Counted from the whole stretch's first letter, positions 1 to 12,001 are shown. The stretch: 63,951 bases of DNA, filler included, from Reclinomonas americana ATCC 50394 (GCA_048213135.1; 43 parts of 43 records of this genome joined end to end with filler, not necessarily neighbours in it); one strand, 5' to 3'. Notes: a model not told the origin generated them from the letters alone. Made by a program: numbers and translations.

Positions 1-458
1 GCGTGTGGTCGCTGGAGAGTGGCGCGCTGGTGCGGCAAGTCTGTGCGCATAGGCATAACGTGATGGGCGTTGCGTGCGCGCGCGACAGCGTGCATGTGGT
101 GAGCGCGGGCGCCGATTGCACGGTGCGCGTGCTGTCGATTGCCAGTGGCGAGGAGGTGCAGGTATTGGAGGGCCACACGGATGCTGTCAAGTCGGTGGCG
201 GTCACCGCCGACGGGCAGCACATTGTCAGCTGCGGCCTCGACATGACCGCGCGGGTGTGGAGCACGGCGTACGGACTGGCCGGCCTTGAGGTGGACACGG
301 CGCGCCTGGCCATGAGCGCCGTTCAGGAGATGCAGGATGAGGCGGCGGCGGTGGTGGATTCGCGCTGCCTGCCTGAGATGGTGCTGCGGTGCTTTCTGGT
401 GGAGGAGGCGGAGGTGGTGGCGCGGCGGTGCGCTGCCGAGCCGACGATGCGGTGGTGA
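1..458 (+). CDS. WD40-repeat protein, 3' part; member of the expanded intronless WD40 family with conserved C-terminal tail
   Basis: GHTDAVKSVAVTADGQHIVSCGLDMTARVWS repeat; tail ...DSRCLPEMVLRCFLVEEAEVV shared with 11192..11901 and 27140..28213. Confidence 0.9.
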   Translation, partial: VWSLESGALVRQVCAHRHNVMGVACARDSVHVVSAGADCTVRVLSIASGEEVQVLEGHTDAVKSVAVTADGQHIVSCGLDMTARVWSTAYGLAGLEVDTARLAMSAVQEMQDEAAAVVDSRCLPEMVLRCFLVEEAEVVARRCAAEPTMRW

Positions 459-726
459 GCGGTGAAAGAAATGCTCTTTTTTCTTTTCTCGTTTTTTTCT
501 CGAGATGTGGTGCTTGTCTGAACTCGTTGTCTCCTGTGCGCACCTGGTATATGATAGTTACTGTTTAGTATACTGAGGTTTCTGGAAGAGAAGAACGGAG
601 CAGTCACAATCGTAATCCAATTGTATCTGTCCGTTCTTCTCTTGTTTGTATTCACAAAGAGCAGAAGTTTCTCAAGCAATTTTTTCGTTCTCTCCACGCC
701 CCAAACCCAACCTCCCTCGTCAACTC

Positions 727-1271
727 ATGTCTTCGCAAGACGGCGCAGCCAGCAACACTGGTGCCAAGGGTGCCGGTGATCGTCTCCGTGACGATTTGCC
801 CGCGAGCATGCGCGACATGGCGGTCTCCGCCGTGTCGAGCAACAAGCGTTCCATGCGCTCTCAGTCTGTTGCCTCGCAGCGTTCTTACGCGTCTGCGCCT
901 GTCGTGCAGGGTGAGCGTGAGTCGCTCATGGCGGACTTGGATTCGACCGAGGAGGGGGAGGGCGGGCGTGATCAGGAGACCACCAGTCGCATGGAGGTCT
1001 CTGTCACTTCAAGCTCCCGCCGCGTCGTCGAGTTGCAGGGGCAACTCGAGGAGGTGCAGCGTCAGCTGAAGGCGGCGCAGCAGGCGCAGCATGCGCAGTC
1101 GCCCCCGCTTGTCCCCGTGACGCGAGCGGAGATGCGCCTGCCCCATGGCCAGCAGCAGCCGCTGGCCGACCGCGCTAGCGCTCTCGATGTGCTCCAGCAG
1201 CAGTTCCGGGAGCACCAGCATGCGGTGCAGCAGCTGGTGGAGAAGCAGGAGTCAATCTTGCAGTACCTCGG

Positions 1272-1326
<55 letters not shown>

Positions 1327-1401
1327 CTTCCGCAGCAGCAGCCACTGATGCGCGCCGCGCCGCTCCTGCAGCGACCGCACCCGTCGGCGCAGCCCATGGC
1401 A
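727..1401 (+). CDS. Hypothetical coiled-coil/polyglutamine protein, 5' part
   Basis: Open from ATG 727 to the contig end, GC3-rich codons, coiled-coil segment and Q tract. Confidence 0.55.
1273..1326 (+). repeat. (CAG)n polyglutamine tract
   Basis: About 16 contiguous CAG followed by CAACAG. Confidence 0.95.
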
Positions 1402-1501
1402 NNNNNNNNNNNNNNNNNNNNNNNNNNNNNNNNNNNNNNNNNNNNTTAATTAATTAANNNNNNNNNNNNNNNNNNNNNNNNNNNNNNNNNNNNNNNNNNN
1501 N
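1402..1501. other. Artificial contig spacer (N44-TTAATTAATTAA-N44); first of 42, the last at 62476..62575
   Basis: The same 12-mer with stops in all six frames, flanked by Ns, recurs about every 1.5 kb; sequence character changes abruptly across spacers. Confidence 0.99.
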
Positions 1502-1653
1502 AGCACAGACGGAAATTTCAAGCAGTGGCGCGGGACGACAGACAGAGGCGGCGGGTTTCTGTGAGAGCAGTGCTGCTGCAGCTGCACTCCTCTTGTGTTG
1601 CTGTGTTTGCTGCTGCGGGCAAGCAAGTGAGTGAGTGAGTGCGTGTTGTTGAC

Positions 1654-2902
1654 ATGGCCGACGAGGCTCCGCCTGCGTCTGCAAGTGAGGCGCCGCAGCC
1701 GTCGCCGACTGCATCGAGTGGCAGCAGTGCTGCGGCTCCTGTGGCCAGCGCGGCCGGCTTCCCCACACTGAGTGTGGACGAGTGTCGCGGCAAGTGGGAT
1801 ACCCCCGAAGTGGCTCTCATTGATCGATTTGCGCAAAAGTGCAGAGAACACGAGCAGCGCGTCTCGTCGCCGCACTGTTGCGCGACACTGCATGCGTGCC
1901 TGAAAAGCACAACAGCAGCCGTCTCATTGGTGTGTGTGTGTGTGTGTTTTGCAGTTGATGATTTCGCCGATGATTTGTCAATGTTGTATGCGGTGGTGGC
2001 GCTGTTGATGCCGCCAATGGACGGGCGGGGAGAGGGTGAGGTGCCGCCGCCGCTGCCGCCTGTGATTGATGCGGAGGCGGTGAATGTTGCACCGGCGACG
2101 CACTTGGGTGCCGTGCATCGTGCGCACTTGATGAAGAGCCTGGTGCCACGCACGGTGCAGAACCTGCTGCTGCGCCGGTATGCATGCACTCGACAGCTCA
2201 TGCTCTCCGTCGCTGTCTCTCCTGTGCTGATGTTGGTGTGTGTGTGTGCAGCACCAAAGCCGACGATGTGACGGCGGTGGAGGCCTTCATTCGCTTGGCG
2301 TTGCGCTTTGCGCAGGCGTGTACGGTGGAGTTCCTCCGACTTGCGCACGAGCCGCCGGCCACTCCTCTTGTTCACGGTGGGCGTACTCTTTTTGTGCAGC
2401 AGCAGCAGCAGCAAGTTTTGGCTTCCCTTGCACTCACCTCGCTTCGTGCAGCGGATGTGCGAGACATGGGTGTGAATGTCAGCTACCTGCTGGATGTGTT
2501 GGAGTACATTGGATCGCACCAGTCGGCGTTCTACTACCGCCAGCATGGTGTGTACGCGCACAATGCACGTCTGCTGCAGGCGCACGCCAAGGAGTACACG
2601 GTGGCGGTCGACGAGATTCAGGAGGGCTTCGGATCGTGGTCGCTCGACAAGTTCTTTGTGCCGACCTTCAAGTACGCCGTGGTGCGCGACACCAAGCCGT
2701 TCCTGCGCAACACCTCTGGCTACTTTATCGACACGCTGAACTACATTGGGCGTCTCGGCCTGTATCACCTGGTGGGCCGACTGTGCTTCTGCCCGCATTT
2801 CGCTCTCGACGTGGTGCTCCGTCTGCTGTTGATTGTCGGCCGCATGTGCGAGTACTTCCACGACCCGTTCACACAGTGGTACCTCGAGGCGCTCATGGAG
2901 CG
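1654..2902 (+). CDS. USP9/USP24-like ubiquitin carboxyl-terminal hydrolase, N-terminal part, spliced (introns 1877..1954 and about 2178..2251)
   Basis: GYFIDTLNYIGRLGLYHLVGRLCFCPHFALDVVLRLLLIVGRMCEYF resembles the USP9X/USP24 N-terminal helical region (GWLVDLxNKFGxLNGF...FGQCYEFL). Confidence 0.55.
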
Positions 2903-3002
2903 NNNNNNNNNNNNNNNNNNNNNNNNNNNNNNNNNNNNNNNNNNNNTTAATTAATTAANNNNNNNNNNNNNNNNNNNNNNNNNNNNNNNNNNNNNNNNNN
3001 NN

Positions 3003-4163
3003 CCCATTCCGCGAGACGAGGTGTCGCAGGGGTCCAGAGTGGGCCAGCGCTTGTGGCCGAGGCGTCTCGGCAGTCGACGATAGTGGTGGACGGCGGGCTC
3101 GCGGTGACGGAATGTGCCGGAGAGACTCGACCGGCGCCGTCTCCGGATCCGCACCACCACCACCACTAGACGTAGCTGGTGGCGGCGCTGGCGGCGGCAG
3201 TAGAGGATTGCGGCGAGACACAAGCGTGGGCGGTGGTGGCAGAGTCGTCGTCGTCGTTGTTGTCGTCGTCGTCACCGCAGCATTGTCGTGGTGCGGTGAG
3301 GCGGCCGTCGGTGTCGGCGCCGTGCTGTTGCTGAACCGCCGAGCCATGGCCGACACAGGCTGCCGCATCGTCGACGAATCCGCCCGCAACACACCCGCCG
3401 CCGCCGTCGCCGCCGTGGTCGGTGACACGGCATCACGCGGCGACTGCCGCCGCGCATGATGCAACGGCGACAAGTGCAGCACCGGCAGCCTCATCGTCGG
3501 CGTCGCCGTCGCACTGACCGCCATGGACGACGCCGCCGACATTACAGTCATCATCATTGTCGCGTCGTGGCCCTCCGACGACGGAACAATACCAGCCGCA
3601 TCTCCATCCGCCACACTCGGCAACACCGCCGCCGACGTCGACAACGACATGCGCCGCCTCTCCCATGCTGCTACTGGCTGCGGCGGAGGCGGAGGCGGTG
3701 GTGGCGGCGCCTGCACTGGTGGTGGCGACGGAGACGGATCTGTCTGATGCTGCACATGTGCATGCTGCATCACAACTTGCTGATGCAACTGCGACAGCAG
3801 CGTGTGCGGCTGCGGCTGCTGCTGCTGCTGCTGCTGCTGCTGTGGCTGACGATGCCCAGGGAAGCGAAACGAGGCCAGTTGTTGAGTGGACACTGGAGTC
3901 GGTGAGGCCGTCGACAAACGTCTCTGATATGAGAAATACGGATGATGATGGTGTTGTTGCTGTTGCTGTTGTTGATAGTGAAGTAGTAATGAGGCGGCGG
4001 TGGCTGTCGACTGTGCGCGGAGGCGGGAAGAAGAGGTGGGTGTGATGATCGTTGGTGAAATGCAACAAGAGACACACAAATTTAACAAACGCACGTGCTC
4101 GGCACCGGCTGTTGCAGCTGTTGGTCCAGGCAGTGTGCGCACTCGCCACGACAGTGGCTCCAT
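3003..4163 (-). CDS. Low-complexity Q/P/T-rich protein, 5' part (probable intron 4011..4094); allele or paralog of 9002..10177
   Basis: ATG at 4163; indels against the second copy are in-frame (polyQ/polyT length changes). Confidence 0.6.
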
Positions 4164-4502
4164 GGTGAGCGCGCGCGCGCGTCTGTCACACACACACACG
4201 CCCTGCGCGCTGGCACACAAGCACACACACGCACACACACGCAACCAGACACGTGCGCGACCACACCACACCTATGCGATAATAAACACACAATTTCGCA
4301 AATTGTTCGACGTTGCGCTTGTGTGTGTGCTAAGTCAAGACCGCTTTTGTCTCGCCACCCGCGACCACTTGCGGTTCTTTCTGCTATTCGCCTCTGTGGT
4401 GCNNNNNNNNNNNNNNNNNNNNNNNNNNNNNNNNNNNNNNNNNNNNTTAATTAATTAANNNNNNNNNNNNNNNNNNNNNNNNNNNNNNNNNNNNNNNNNN
4501 NN

Positions 4503-4749
4503 GTTCCAGTACGTCGTCGAGACCGAGCGTCGGTTCTATCTGGCCAATGAGGTCAACGTCGTACGCCGCGACACCGAGCACGACTTCTACTTCGAGATCT
4601 CGATGACCGACGTGTGGGTGTGGGACATCTACCGCGCCGACCGCTTCGTCAAGGCCGTGCGGGTGCTCACCTTCAAGGACGTCAATGTCGAGGAGCTCCA
4701 GCGGCGGGAGTTCGAGCTGCCGCAGGAGCTCTCGCTCGACGGCGAGTGA
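4503..4749 (+). CDS. DUF2469 family protein (actinobacterial), 3' part
   Basis: FQYVVETERRFYLAN...DVWVWDIYRADRFVKAVRVLTFKDVNVEEL; usual position upstream of yraN. Confidence 0.9.
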
Positions 4750-4853
4750 CGCCCTCTCTCCACAAGTCTCCGATCGGGGAGTTTCTCCCGAGGCGCCGGG
4801 ACCTTCTCTGATCCTCGCCGCCTCGTGCCGAGACCAGGCGCGAAGCTGTCGGC

Positions 4854-5216
4854 ATGGCAGCGAAGGACGAACTCGGAAGAGCCGGTGAAGAGCGCGCGGC
4901 GCAGCACCTGATCCGGCATGGCTACACCGTGCTGGACCGGAACTGGCGGTGCACGCAGGGCGAGATCGACATCGTCGCGTCGCACGGCGTGCATCTGGCC
5001 GTGGTCGAGGTGAAGACGCGGCGCTCTGCGGCCTTCGGGCACCCGTTCGAGGCGATCGACGATCGGAAGAGGCGGCGTCTCTGGGGTCTCGCCTTCGCCT
5101 GGCGAGCTGAGCACCCCGAACTCGCGCGCGGACTCGATCTGCGCATCGAGGCGATCGGCATCATCGGGGCCGACCCGTCCATCGGTGCGCTCGAGCATCT
5201 CGTGGACATCGCATGA
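4854..5216 (+). CDS. yraN: YraN family (UPF0102) nuclease
   Basis: LGRAGEERAAQHL..GYTVLDRNWRCTQGEIDIVA...VEVKTR motif. Confidence 0.95.
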   Translation: MAAKDELGRAGEERAAQHLIRHGYTVLDRNWRCTQGEIDIVASHGVHLAVVEVKTRRSAAFGHPFEAIDDRKRRRLWGLAFAWRAEHPELARGLDLRIEAIGIIGADPSIGALEHLVDIA

Positions 5217-5901
5217 GCACCGCGCGGACCTGGGCGGTCGCCCTCACCGGCGTCGACGGCCACATGGTCGAGGTCGAGGCCGATCTCTCGAATCAGACTC
5301 CGGAGTTCAAGATCATCGGTCTTCCCGACAAGTCGCTCGGCGAAGCGGTCCAGCGCGTGCACAACGCCTGCAAGAACGCGGGTCTCGACCTCCCGCGGCG
5401 CCGACTCACGGTGAACCTCTCGCCGGCGAGCCTTCCGAAGCACGGCGCGGGGTTCGATCTCGGCATCGCGGTCTCGACGCTGGCCGCCGGCGGCGCGCTC
5501 GAACGCCGTTCGATCGCCGACACCGTCCACATCGGCGAGTTGGGACTCGACGGACGCATCCGGCCGGTCCCCGGCGTCCTGCCCGCGGTGTTCGCGGCGG
5601 CCAGGGCGGGCTTCGAGCGCATCATCGTGCCGAGAGGGAACGAGGCCGAGGCGCGGCTGGTGCCTGGCGTCGAGGTGCGGGCCGCCGGGTCGCTCGCCGA
5701 GGTCGCGGTGTGGCACGGCGCCGACGTCGAGGTGCCCGACATCGATGCCGTCGCGGTGGGCCGTACGGGGCCGACACCGGACCCTGCCCTCGATCTTGCG
5801 GATGTCGTCGGGCAGGATGAGGCTGTCGAAGCACTGATCGTGGCGGCGGCGGGCGGCCATCATCTCCTCCTGAGCGGACCGCCGGGAGCGGGGAAGACGA
5901 T
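5213..5901 (+). CDS. comM: YifB/ComM family Mg-chelatase-like AAA+ ATPase, 5' part
   Basis: IIGLPDKSLGEA, TVNLSPASLPKHGAGFDL, IGELGLDGRIRPVPGVLP, Walker A GPPGAGKT; ATGA overlap with yraN. Confidence 0.93.
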
Positions 5902-6413
5902 NNNNNNNNNNNNNNNNNNNNNNNNNNNNNNNNNNNNNNNNNNNNTTAATTAATTAANNNNNNNNNNNNNNNNNNNNNNNNNNNNNNNNNNNNNNNNNNN
6001 NAGAGAGTGTGTGTGTATGTACCTCCTCGCACACGGTCGGCGTTGGTGTGCAGGAACTCGTGCAGCTCAATGGCCTGCGTCCACACGTCTTCGAGGGCCT
6101 GTGGGGTGAACCCACCGGGTTTCCACACCATGAGCGGTGTTCTTTTCTGGTGCGTGCCTGTGGAGGAGGCCGCCCTTTGCGTGCACGAAGCGTGTCTTGT
6201 ATCACGATGAAAATATTGTCTTGTTGTTTCATTTTAGTCGTCACTCCGCATGTACGTTCACGTTCGAACGCACTGCTGCATGCTTCTGCGACTTCTTCGT
6301 CGCAAGCGAGTGAGCTGGAGTCGAGCCGCTGTTGCGGCCTGCTTGCACTCTGGTGGACGGTGCTGCTGCTGTTGCTGCTGGGCAGACGTCGACATTGCCG
6401 CGCACAGATTGCA

Positions 6414-7401
6414 TTAGCGCACGCCGTCGGGCGACTCGCGACGTCTCCTCTTGCGCTCACGCTCCCGCGATCCACTGCGGCTGCGCGAGTTGCGGCTCCG
6501 ACTGCGTCGTCGTCTCGATCGCTCGTCATCTGCGCAGCAGCAGCAGCAATGTCATGAGAAAATCAGGCGACACTGATACAAGAATGCAGGCAGAGGAGAC
6601 GAGAGAAAGGAGGGTGTGTGGAAATCCAATCTTCCCCGGGTGAAATGCTGCGCGCTCAGCAATACCATCACGCGTGGCTAGGAATCGGGGTTGTGGCATG
6701 GCCAAGAGAAGAAGAATAAAGAAGAAGGAAAAAAGGAGAGGAGAAAATGTGCAGCAACGCACCTCCTCCACCGCTGCCGACTCCGTATTTTGCCTCCACC
6801 TCGTGGATTGCGTCTTCCAGTCGACGCATCAGCCCCGGGTCCTTCTTTGGTGGCGGCTTCACGACCGGGTTCTTCGACGGGTTGACCCTGTACGCCGAAT
6901 GGTGAGCAACACGAAACAAATCATCACTGGTGATCGCGACAAGCGTGCGCAACTTCATCGGGCGGTCGTGGAGCGTGCGTCCCGACAGACTCAATGCCGC
7001 CATGGCACCCTCTTGCATGAGGTACTCGACAAAGGCGTAGCGCGTGTTCTGCGTCAGATCGCCCGTCAGCTTGATAAACTCGACCGGACCGGCTGTGGTG
7101 AAAATGTCAATCAGCTCCTTCTCCGTCACATCCTGCGGCAGATTGCCCACATAAATAGTGCGCGCCACCTGCACGACGAGCAGCACGTGAGCATGCGAAG
7201 GGCAAGAAGAGAGAGAGGAGAGAATGGCCGACAAACCTGGTCACGACGAGGAGCAGCCGCCGGCGTCATAATGGAGGACGACGCCAAGGCTGCAGCCGCC
7301 AACGCCTGCTGCTGTTGCAGGAGGATCGCGGCCTGATGCTGTTGCTGCTGCACGAGCATCGCCATGGGGTTCATGGCGCCACCGGCACCCATCAGGCTCA
7401 C
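6414..7401 (-). CDS. SREK1/SRSF11-like RRM + RS-domain splicing factor, spliced, 3' part
   Basis: RTIYVGNL...VEFIKLTGDLTQNTRYAFVEY...DRPMKVNPSKNPVVKPP; last exon encodes RSRRRRSRSRNSRSRSGSRERERKRRRRESP, stop at 6414. Confidence 0.8.
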
Positions 7402-7501
7402 NNNNNNNNNNNNNNNNNNNNNNNNNNNNNNNNNNNNNNNNNNNNTTAATTAATTAANNNNNNNNNNNNNNNNNNNNNNNNNNNNNNNNNNNNNNNNNNN
7501 N

Positions 7502-7924
7502 GGATGCCGCCCAGGGGACGATGACGGCCATGCGGACGATCTGCCGTCCGGGGAACGCCTTGTTCAGGATCTGCGCGAGCCCGAGGGAGATCACCACTGT
7601 GACCGCGACGGTGACGACGACCCAGACGATCGTCCGAAAGAAGATCGGCCAGAACTCCGCGAACGCGAACACGGCGAAGAAATTGTCCAACCCGACCGAC
7701 CCCTTGTCGAGACCCGAGAGCGAGATGTCGCGGGTGGAGTTGAAGAACATCACTCCCGCGGGGAACAGGACGACACCGATGATCAGCAGCAGCGCAGGCC
7801 CGATCCAGGGCAATGCCTGGAGGAGATCCTTGGCTCCGGCGCTTCGGCGCTGACCGGCGTCGGAAGTGCGGGGGCGACCGGTGGCCGCCTCCACGGGGTT
7901 CGAGGACTCTGTTGTCTGGTTCAT
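7502..7924 (-). CDS. Carbohydrate ABC transporter permease (bacterial), 5' part
   Basis: WIGPALLLI..VLFP, VGLDNF, RTIVWVVVTVAVTVVISLGLAQILNKAFPGRQIVRMAVIVPWA. Confidence 0.92.
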
Positions 7925-8086
7925 CGGGATTCCTGAACCTCTCCGTTCAGCGGGCTCTGCCCGCGTCGAGTATCGAGCCCCCGGCGCTGGGACGCCGAGG
8001 GCTCGGAGGGGCCGAATGGGGGATTCGACGTTGGTACGACCGCGCCACGAGGGAACCCGTCTCTCGACGTTCGTGGCGCGGCCGGG

Positions 8087-8901
8087 TCAGTTCTCGATCT
8101 GGAAATCGTCCGGGACGGGGACGTCGGAGTGACGCGCGGTACGAGCGTCACGTTCCAGACCGGAGCGCTGGGTGAGCACACCGTAGAGCTCGGGGCGGCG
8201 GCCGAGCAGCCATCGCCGACCGGTCGACAGCGGAAGGAGATCCATGTCGAGGTCAGCGGTCACCACCGACTGGTCCGCGACGGGCGTCTCGGCCACGATC
8301 CGCCCATAGGGATCGATGATCATCGCGTTTCCGGTGCGGATCTCGTCGTCGTCGGGGCCGATGCCGTTGCTGAAGAGGAGGAAGATGCCGTTGTCGTGCG
8401 CGCGTGCGGGGAGCCAGCGCATGAGCCATCCTCGACCGTACGGCCCGTTGACCGCTTCCTCCAGGGCCTCAGGGTTCTCGAACCGGTCGTGCCACAGCGC
8501 TGACGGGATCACCTTCATGCCATGCGGGCTGCGCGAACTCGTGCCACCGGTCTGGTGCGGAGCGATGAGGACCTTCGCTCCGAGGAGAGTCACGGCTCGC
8601 ACGTTCTCGACGAGGTTGTTGTCCCAGCAGATGAGGATCGCCATTCGCACACCCCAGGGCGTGTCGAACACGGTGTAGTCGTTGCCGCTCGAGATCGCCT
8701 CGTGCTCGAAAGCATGGAGCTTGCGGTGGATGTGCACGGTCCCGTCGGGGAAGCACACGGCGTAGGAGTTGAACAACTCGTCGCCGTCGGATTCGAGGAA
8801 ACCCGCACCGATGCCCACGCCGACGTCTGCCGCGATCTCCTTGAGAGCCTGCACCAGCGGCCCATCGGCCGGCTCCGCGAGTTCGCGGAGGCGCTCCGTG
8901 G
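8087..8901 (-). CDS. Nitrilase/carbon-nitrogen hydrolase family protein (bacterial), 5'-truncated
   Basis: HRKLH (catalytic Lys), ILICWDN (catalytic Cys), ARAHDNG, GNAMIIDPYG, terminal RRPELY. Confidence 0.93.
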
Positions 8902-9001
8902 NNNNNNNNNNNNNNNNNNNNNNNNNNNNNNNNNNNNNNNNNNNNTTAATTAATTAANNNNNNNNNNNNNNNNNNNNNNNNNNNNNNNNNNNNNNNNNNN
9001 N

Positions 9002-9242
9002 CCCATTCCGCGAGACGAGGTGTCGCAGGGGTCCCGAGTGGGCCAGCGCTTGTGGCCGAGGCGTCTCGGCAGTCGACGATAGTGGTGGACGGCGGGCTCG
9101 CGGCGACGGAATGTGCCGGAGAGACTCGACCGGCGCCGTCTCCGGATCCGCACCGCCACCACCACTAGACGTAGCTGGTGGCGGCGCTGGCGGCGGCAGT
9201 AGAGGATTGCGGCGAGACACGAGCGTGGGCGGTGGTGGCAGA

Positions 9243-9280
<38 letters not shown>

Positions 9281-9809
9281 CGCAGCATTGTCGTGGTGCG
9301 GTGAGGCGGCCGTCGGCGTCGGCGCCGTGCTATTGCTGAACCGCCGAGCCATGGCCGACACAGGCTGCCGCATCGTCGACGAATCCGCCCGCAACACACC
9401 CGCCGCCGCTGTCGCCGCCGTGGTCGGTGACACGGCATCACGCGGCGACTGCCGCCGCGCATGATGCAACGGCGACAAGTGCAGCACCGGCAGCCTCATC
9501 GTCGGCGTCGCCGTCGCACTGACCGCCATGGACGACGCCGCCGACATTACAGTCATCATCATTGTCGCGTCGTGGCCCTCCGACGACGGAACAATACCAG
9601 CCGCATCTCCATCTGCCACACTCGGCAGCACCGCCGCCGACGTCGACAACGACATGCGCCGCCTCTCCCATGCTGCTACTGGCTGCGGCGGAGGCGGAGG
9701 CGGTGGTGGCGGCGCCTGCACTGGTGGTGGCGACGGAGACGGATCTGTCTGATGCTGCTGTGCATGCTGCATCACAACTTGCTGATGCAACTGCGACAGC
9801 AGCGTGTGC

Positions 9810-9845
<36 letters not shown>

Positions 9846-10177
9846 GGTTGACGATGCCCAGGGAAGCGAAACGAGGCCAGTTGTTGAGTGGACACTGGAG
9901 TCGGTGAGGCCGTCGACAAACGTCTCTGATATGAGAAATACGGATGATGATGGTGTTGTTGTTGCTGTTGCTGCTGTTGCTGTTGTTGATAGTGAAGTAG
10001 TAATGAGGCGGCGGTGGCTGTCGACTGTGCGCGGAGGCGGAAAGAAGAGGTGAGTGTGATGATCGTTGGTGAAATGCAACAAGAGACACACAAATTTAAC
10101 AAACGCACGTGCTCGGCACCGGCTGTTGCAGCTGTTGGTCCAGGCAGTGTGCGCACTCGCCACGACAGTGGCTCCAT
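9002..10177 (-). CDS. Low-complexity Q/P/T-rich protein, second copy (probable allele of 3003..4163)
   Basis: Near-identical to contig 3003..4402 along its whole length. Confidence 0.6.
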
Positions 10178-10501
10178 GGTGAGCGCGCGCGCGCGTCTGT
10201 CACACACACACACGCCCTGCGCGCTGGCACACAAGCACACACGCACACACACGCAACCAGACACGTGCGCGCTATGTGATAATAAAACACACAATTTCAC
10301 AAATTGTTCGACGTTGCGCTTGTGTGTGTGCTAAGTCAAGATCGCTTGTCTCGCCACCCGCGACCACCTGCGGTTCTTTCTGCTATTCGCCTCTGTTGTG
10401 CNNNNNNNNNNNNNNNNNNNNNNNNNNNNNNNNNNNNNNNNNNNNTTAATTAATTAANNNNNNNNNNNNNNNNNNNNNNNNNNNNNNNNNNNNNNNNNNN
10501 N

Positions 10502-10979
10502 CATGCTGACCGTCGGGAGTGACGGCGACACTGAGCACCCAGGCAGTGTGCCCCTCCAACCGTCGCACCTCTTGGCCACTCGCCAGTGACCACACGCGCA
10601 CGGTTCGGTCATAACTCCCACTCAGAATGTGCTGACTGTTGGGAGTAAAGGCAACACACTTCACAAAGTCAGTGTGCCCCTCCAACCGTCGCACCTCTTC
10701 GCTACTCGCCAGTGACCACACGCGCACAGTGTAGTCACCACTACCAATGACACTGTGCTGACTGTCGGGAGAGACAACAACGAAGCCCATTATACTAGAG
10801 TGCCCCACCAACCGTCGCACCTCCTGTCCGGTCGCCAGTGACCACACTCGAAGTATATCGTCGAGACCACCACTCACGACGTGCTGACCATCGGGAGTGA
10901 CAGCAACAGAGTACACCGCGGTAGTGTGTCCAACGAAACGCCTGCAGCGGAAGATGGTGCGTTGCGGGGTGAGTGACAT
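10502..10979 (-). CDS. WD40-repeat family protein, 5' part (downstream member of a tandem pair)
   Basis: ATG 10979 MSLTPQRTIFRCRRFVGHTTAVYSVAVTPDGQHVVSGG; 42-aa repeats, no introns. Confidence 0.9.
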
Positions 10980-10984
10980 GAAGC

Positions 10985-11021
<37 letters not shown>

Positions 11022-11191
11022 ACAGTGTTCCGTGTTCGAGGATGGGGGGACACGATGCAAAGGACGTGCTGCACACCGTCGACGATTGACAACTGCACCA
11101 TCCCTTATGGCGACCCGCCTGAGTTCAACAGAGTAAACTTCACTCGAAAAGGTACAAAACAAAAGGCAGAGAGGCAATGCAATTCAACGAA

Positions 11192-11901
11192 TTATAAGCA
11201 CGAGTCGGGATCTTCGCTGCGACGATGCAGCACGACCGCGGCATCCTCGACAATGAAACAGCGCAGCACCATCTCCGGCAGGCAGCGGGAGTCCGGTTCC
11301 CCGTCTTCGCCGACAACAGCAGCTGTTCGTTGCATCTTCTGCACGGCCAGTAGGGCCGAACGCGCGCCGTCGAGCTCCAACCGAGCGAGACCACATGGAG
11401 TGGACCACACTCGCACAATGCTGTCGTCGCCTCCACTCACAATGTGCTGCCCATCGGGAGAGACAACGACAGAAATTACTTCGTGAGCGCGTTCCTCCAA
11501 CCGCTGCACTTCCTCTCCACTCGCCAGCGACCACACTCGCACGGTGCCGTCGGCGCACCCGCTGACAATAAACTGGCCATTGGGGGTGACAGCGACACTG
11601 CGCACCCATCTCGTGTGCCCCATCAACCGTCGCACTTCCTCACCAGTCGCCAGTGACCACACTCGCACAGTCTGGTCCCAACTCCCACTCACAACGAACT
11701 GTCCGTCAGGAGTGACGGCGACTGAAACCACTGCATCATCATGTCCCTCTAGACGATGGACTTCGTCGCCTCTCGCCAGTGACCACACAAGCACAGTGCC
11801 GTCGGAACCCCCACTCACAATGTGCTGACCATCGGGAGTGACGACGACAGAGAACACCGGGCATCCGTGCCCCTGGAACAGTCGCACCTCCTTGCCACTC
11901 A
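11192..11901 (-). CDS. WD40-repeat family protein, 3' part with conserved C-terminal tail
   Basis: Four GH..V.SVxVTPDGQ..VSG..D.TVRVWSLA repeats, then STPCGLARLELDGARSAL...RCLPEMVLRCFIVED. Confidence 0.93.
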
Positions 11902-12001
11902 NNNNNNNNNNNNNNNNNNNNNNNNNNNNNNNNNNNNNNNNNNNNTTAATTAATTAANNNNNNNNNNNNNNNNNNNNNNNNNNNNNNNNNNNNNNNNNNN
12001 N

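Noticed and set aside
1446..1457. Regularly spaced palindromic TTAATTAATTAA resembling a repeat array or transposon target site
   Set aside because: Always embedded in N runs; it is an artificial six-frame-stop linker
4854..5901. yraN-comM/yifB coupling as a new system
   Set aside because: Widespread, already described gene pair linked to recombination during natural transformation
6888..6953. Several stop-free introns with length divisible by three (66, 66, 78, 78, 63, 84 nt)
   Set aside because: About a third are expected by chance, stops are rare in short GC-rich introns, and the sample is too small to claim enrichment
4503..8901. Bacterial genes flanking a eukaryotic splicing factor as an HGT island
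   Set aside because: Adjacency arises only from concatenation across spacers
10502..11901. Diversity-generating retroelement behind WD40 variability
   Set aside because: No reverse transcriptase or template/variable repeat pair is visible, and differences are not restricted to adenines
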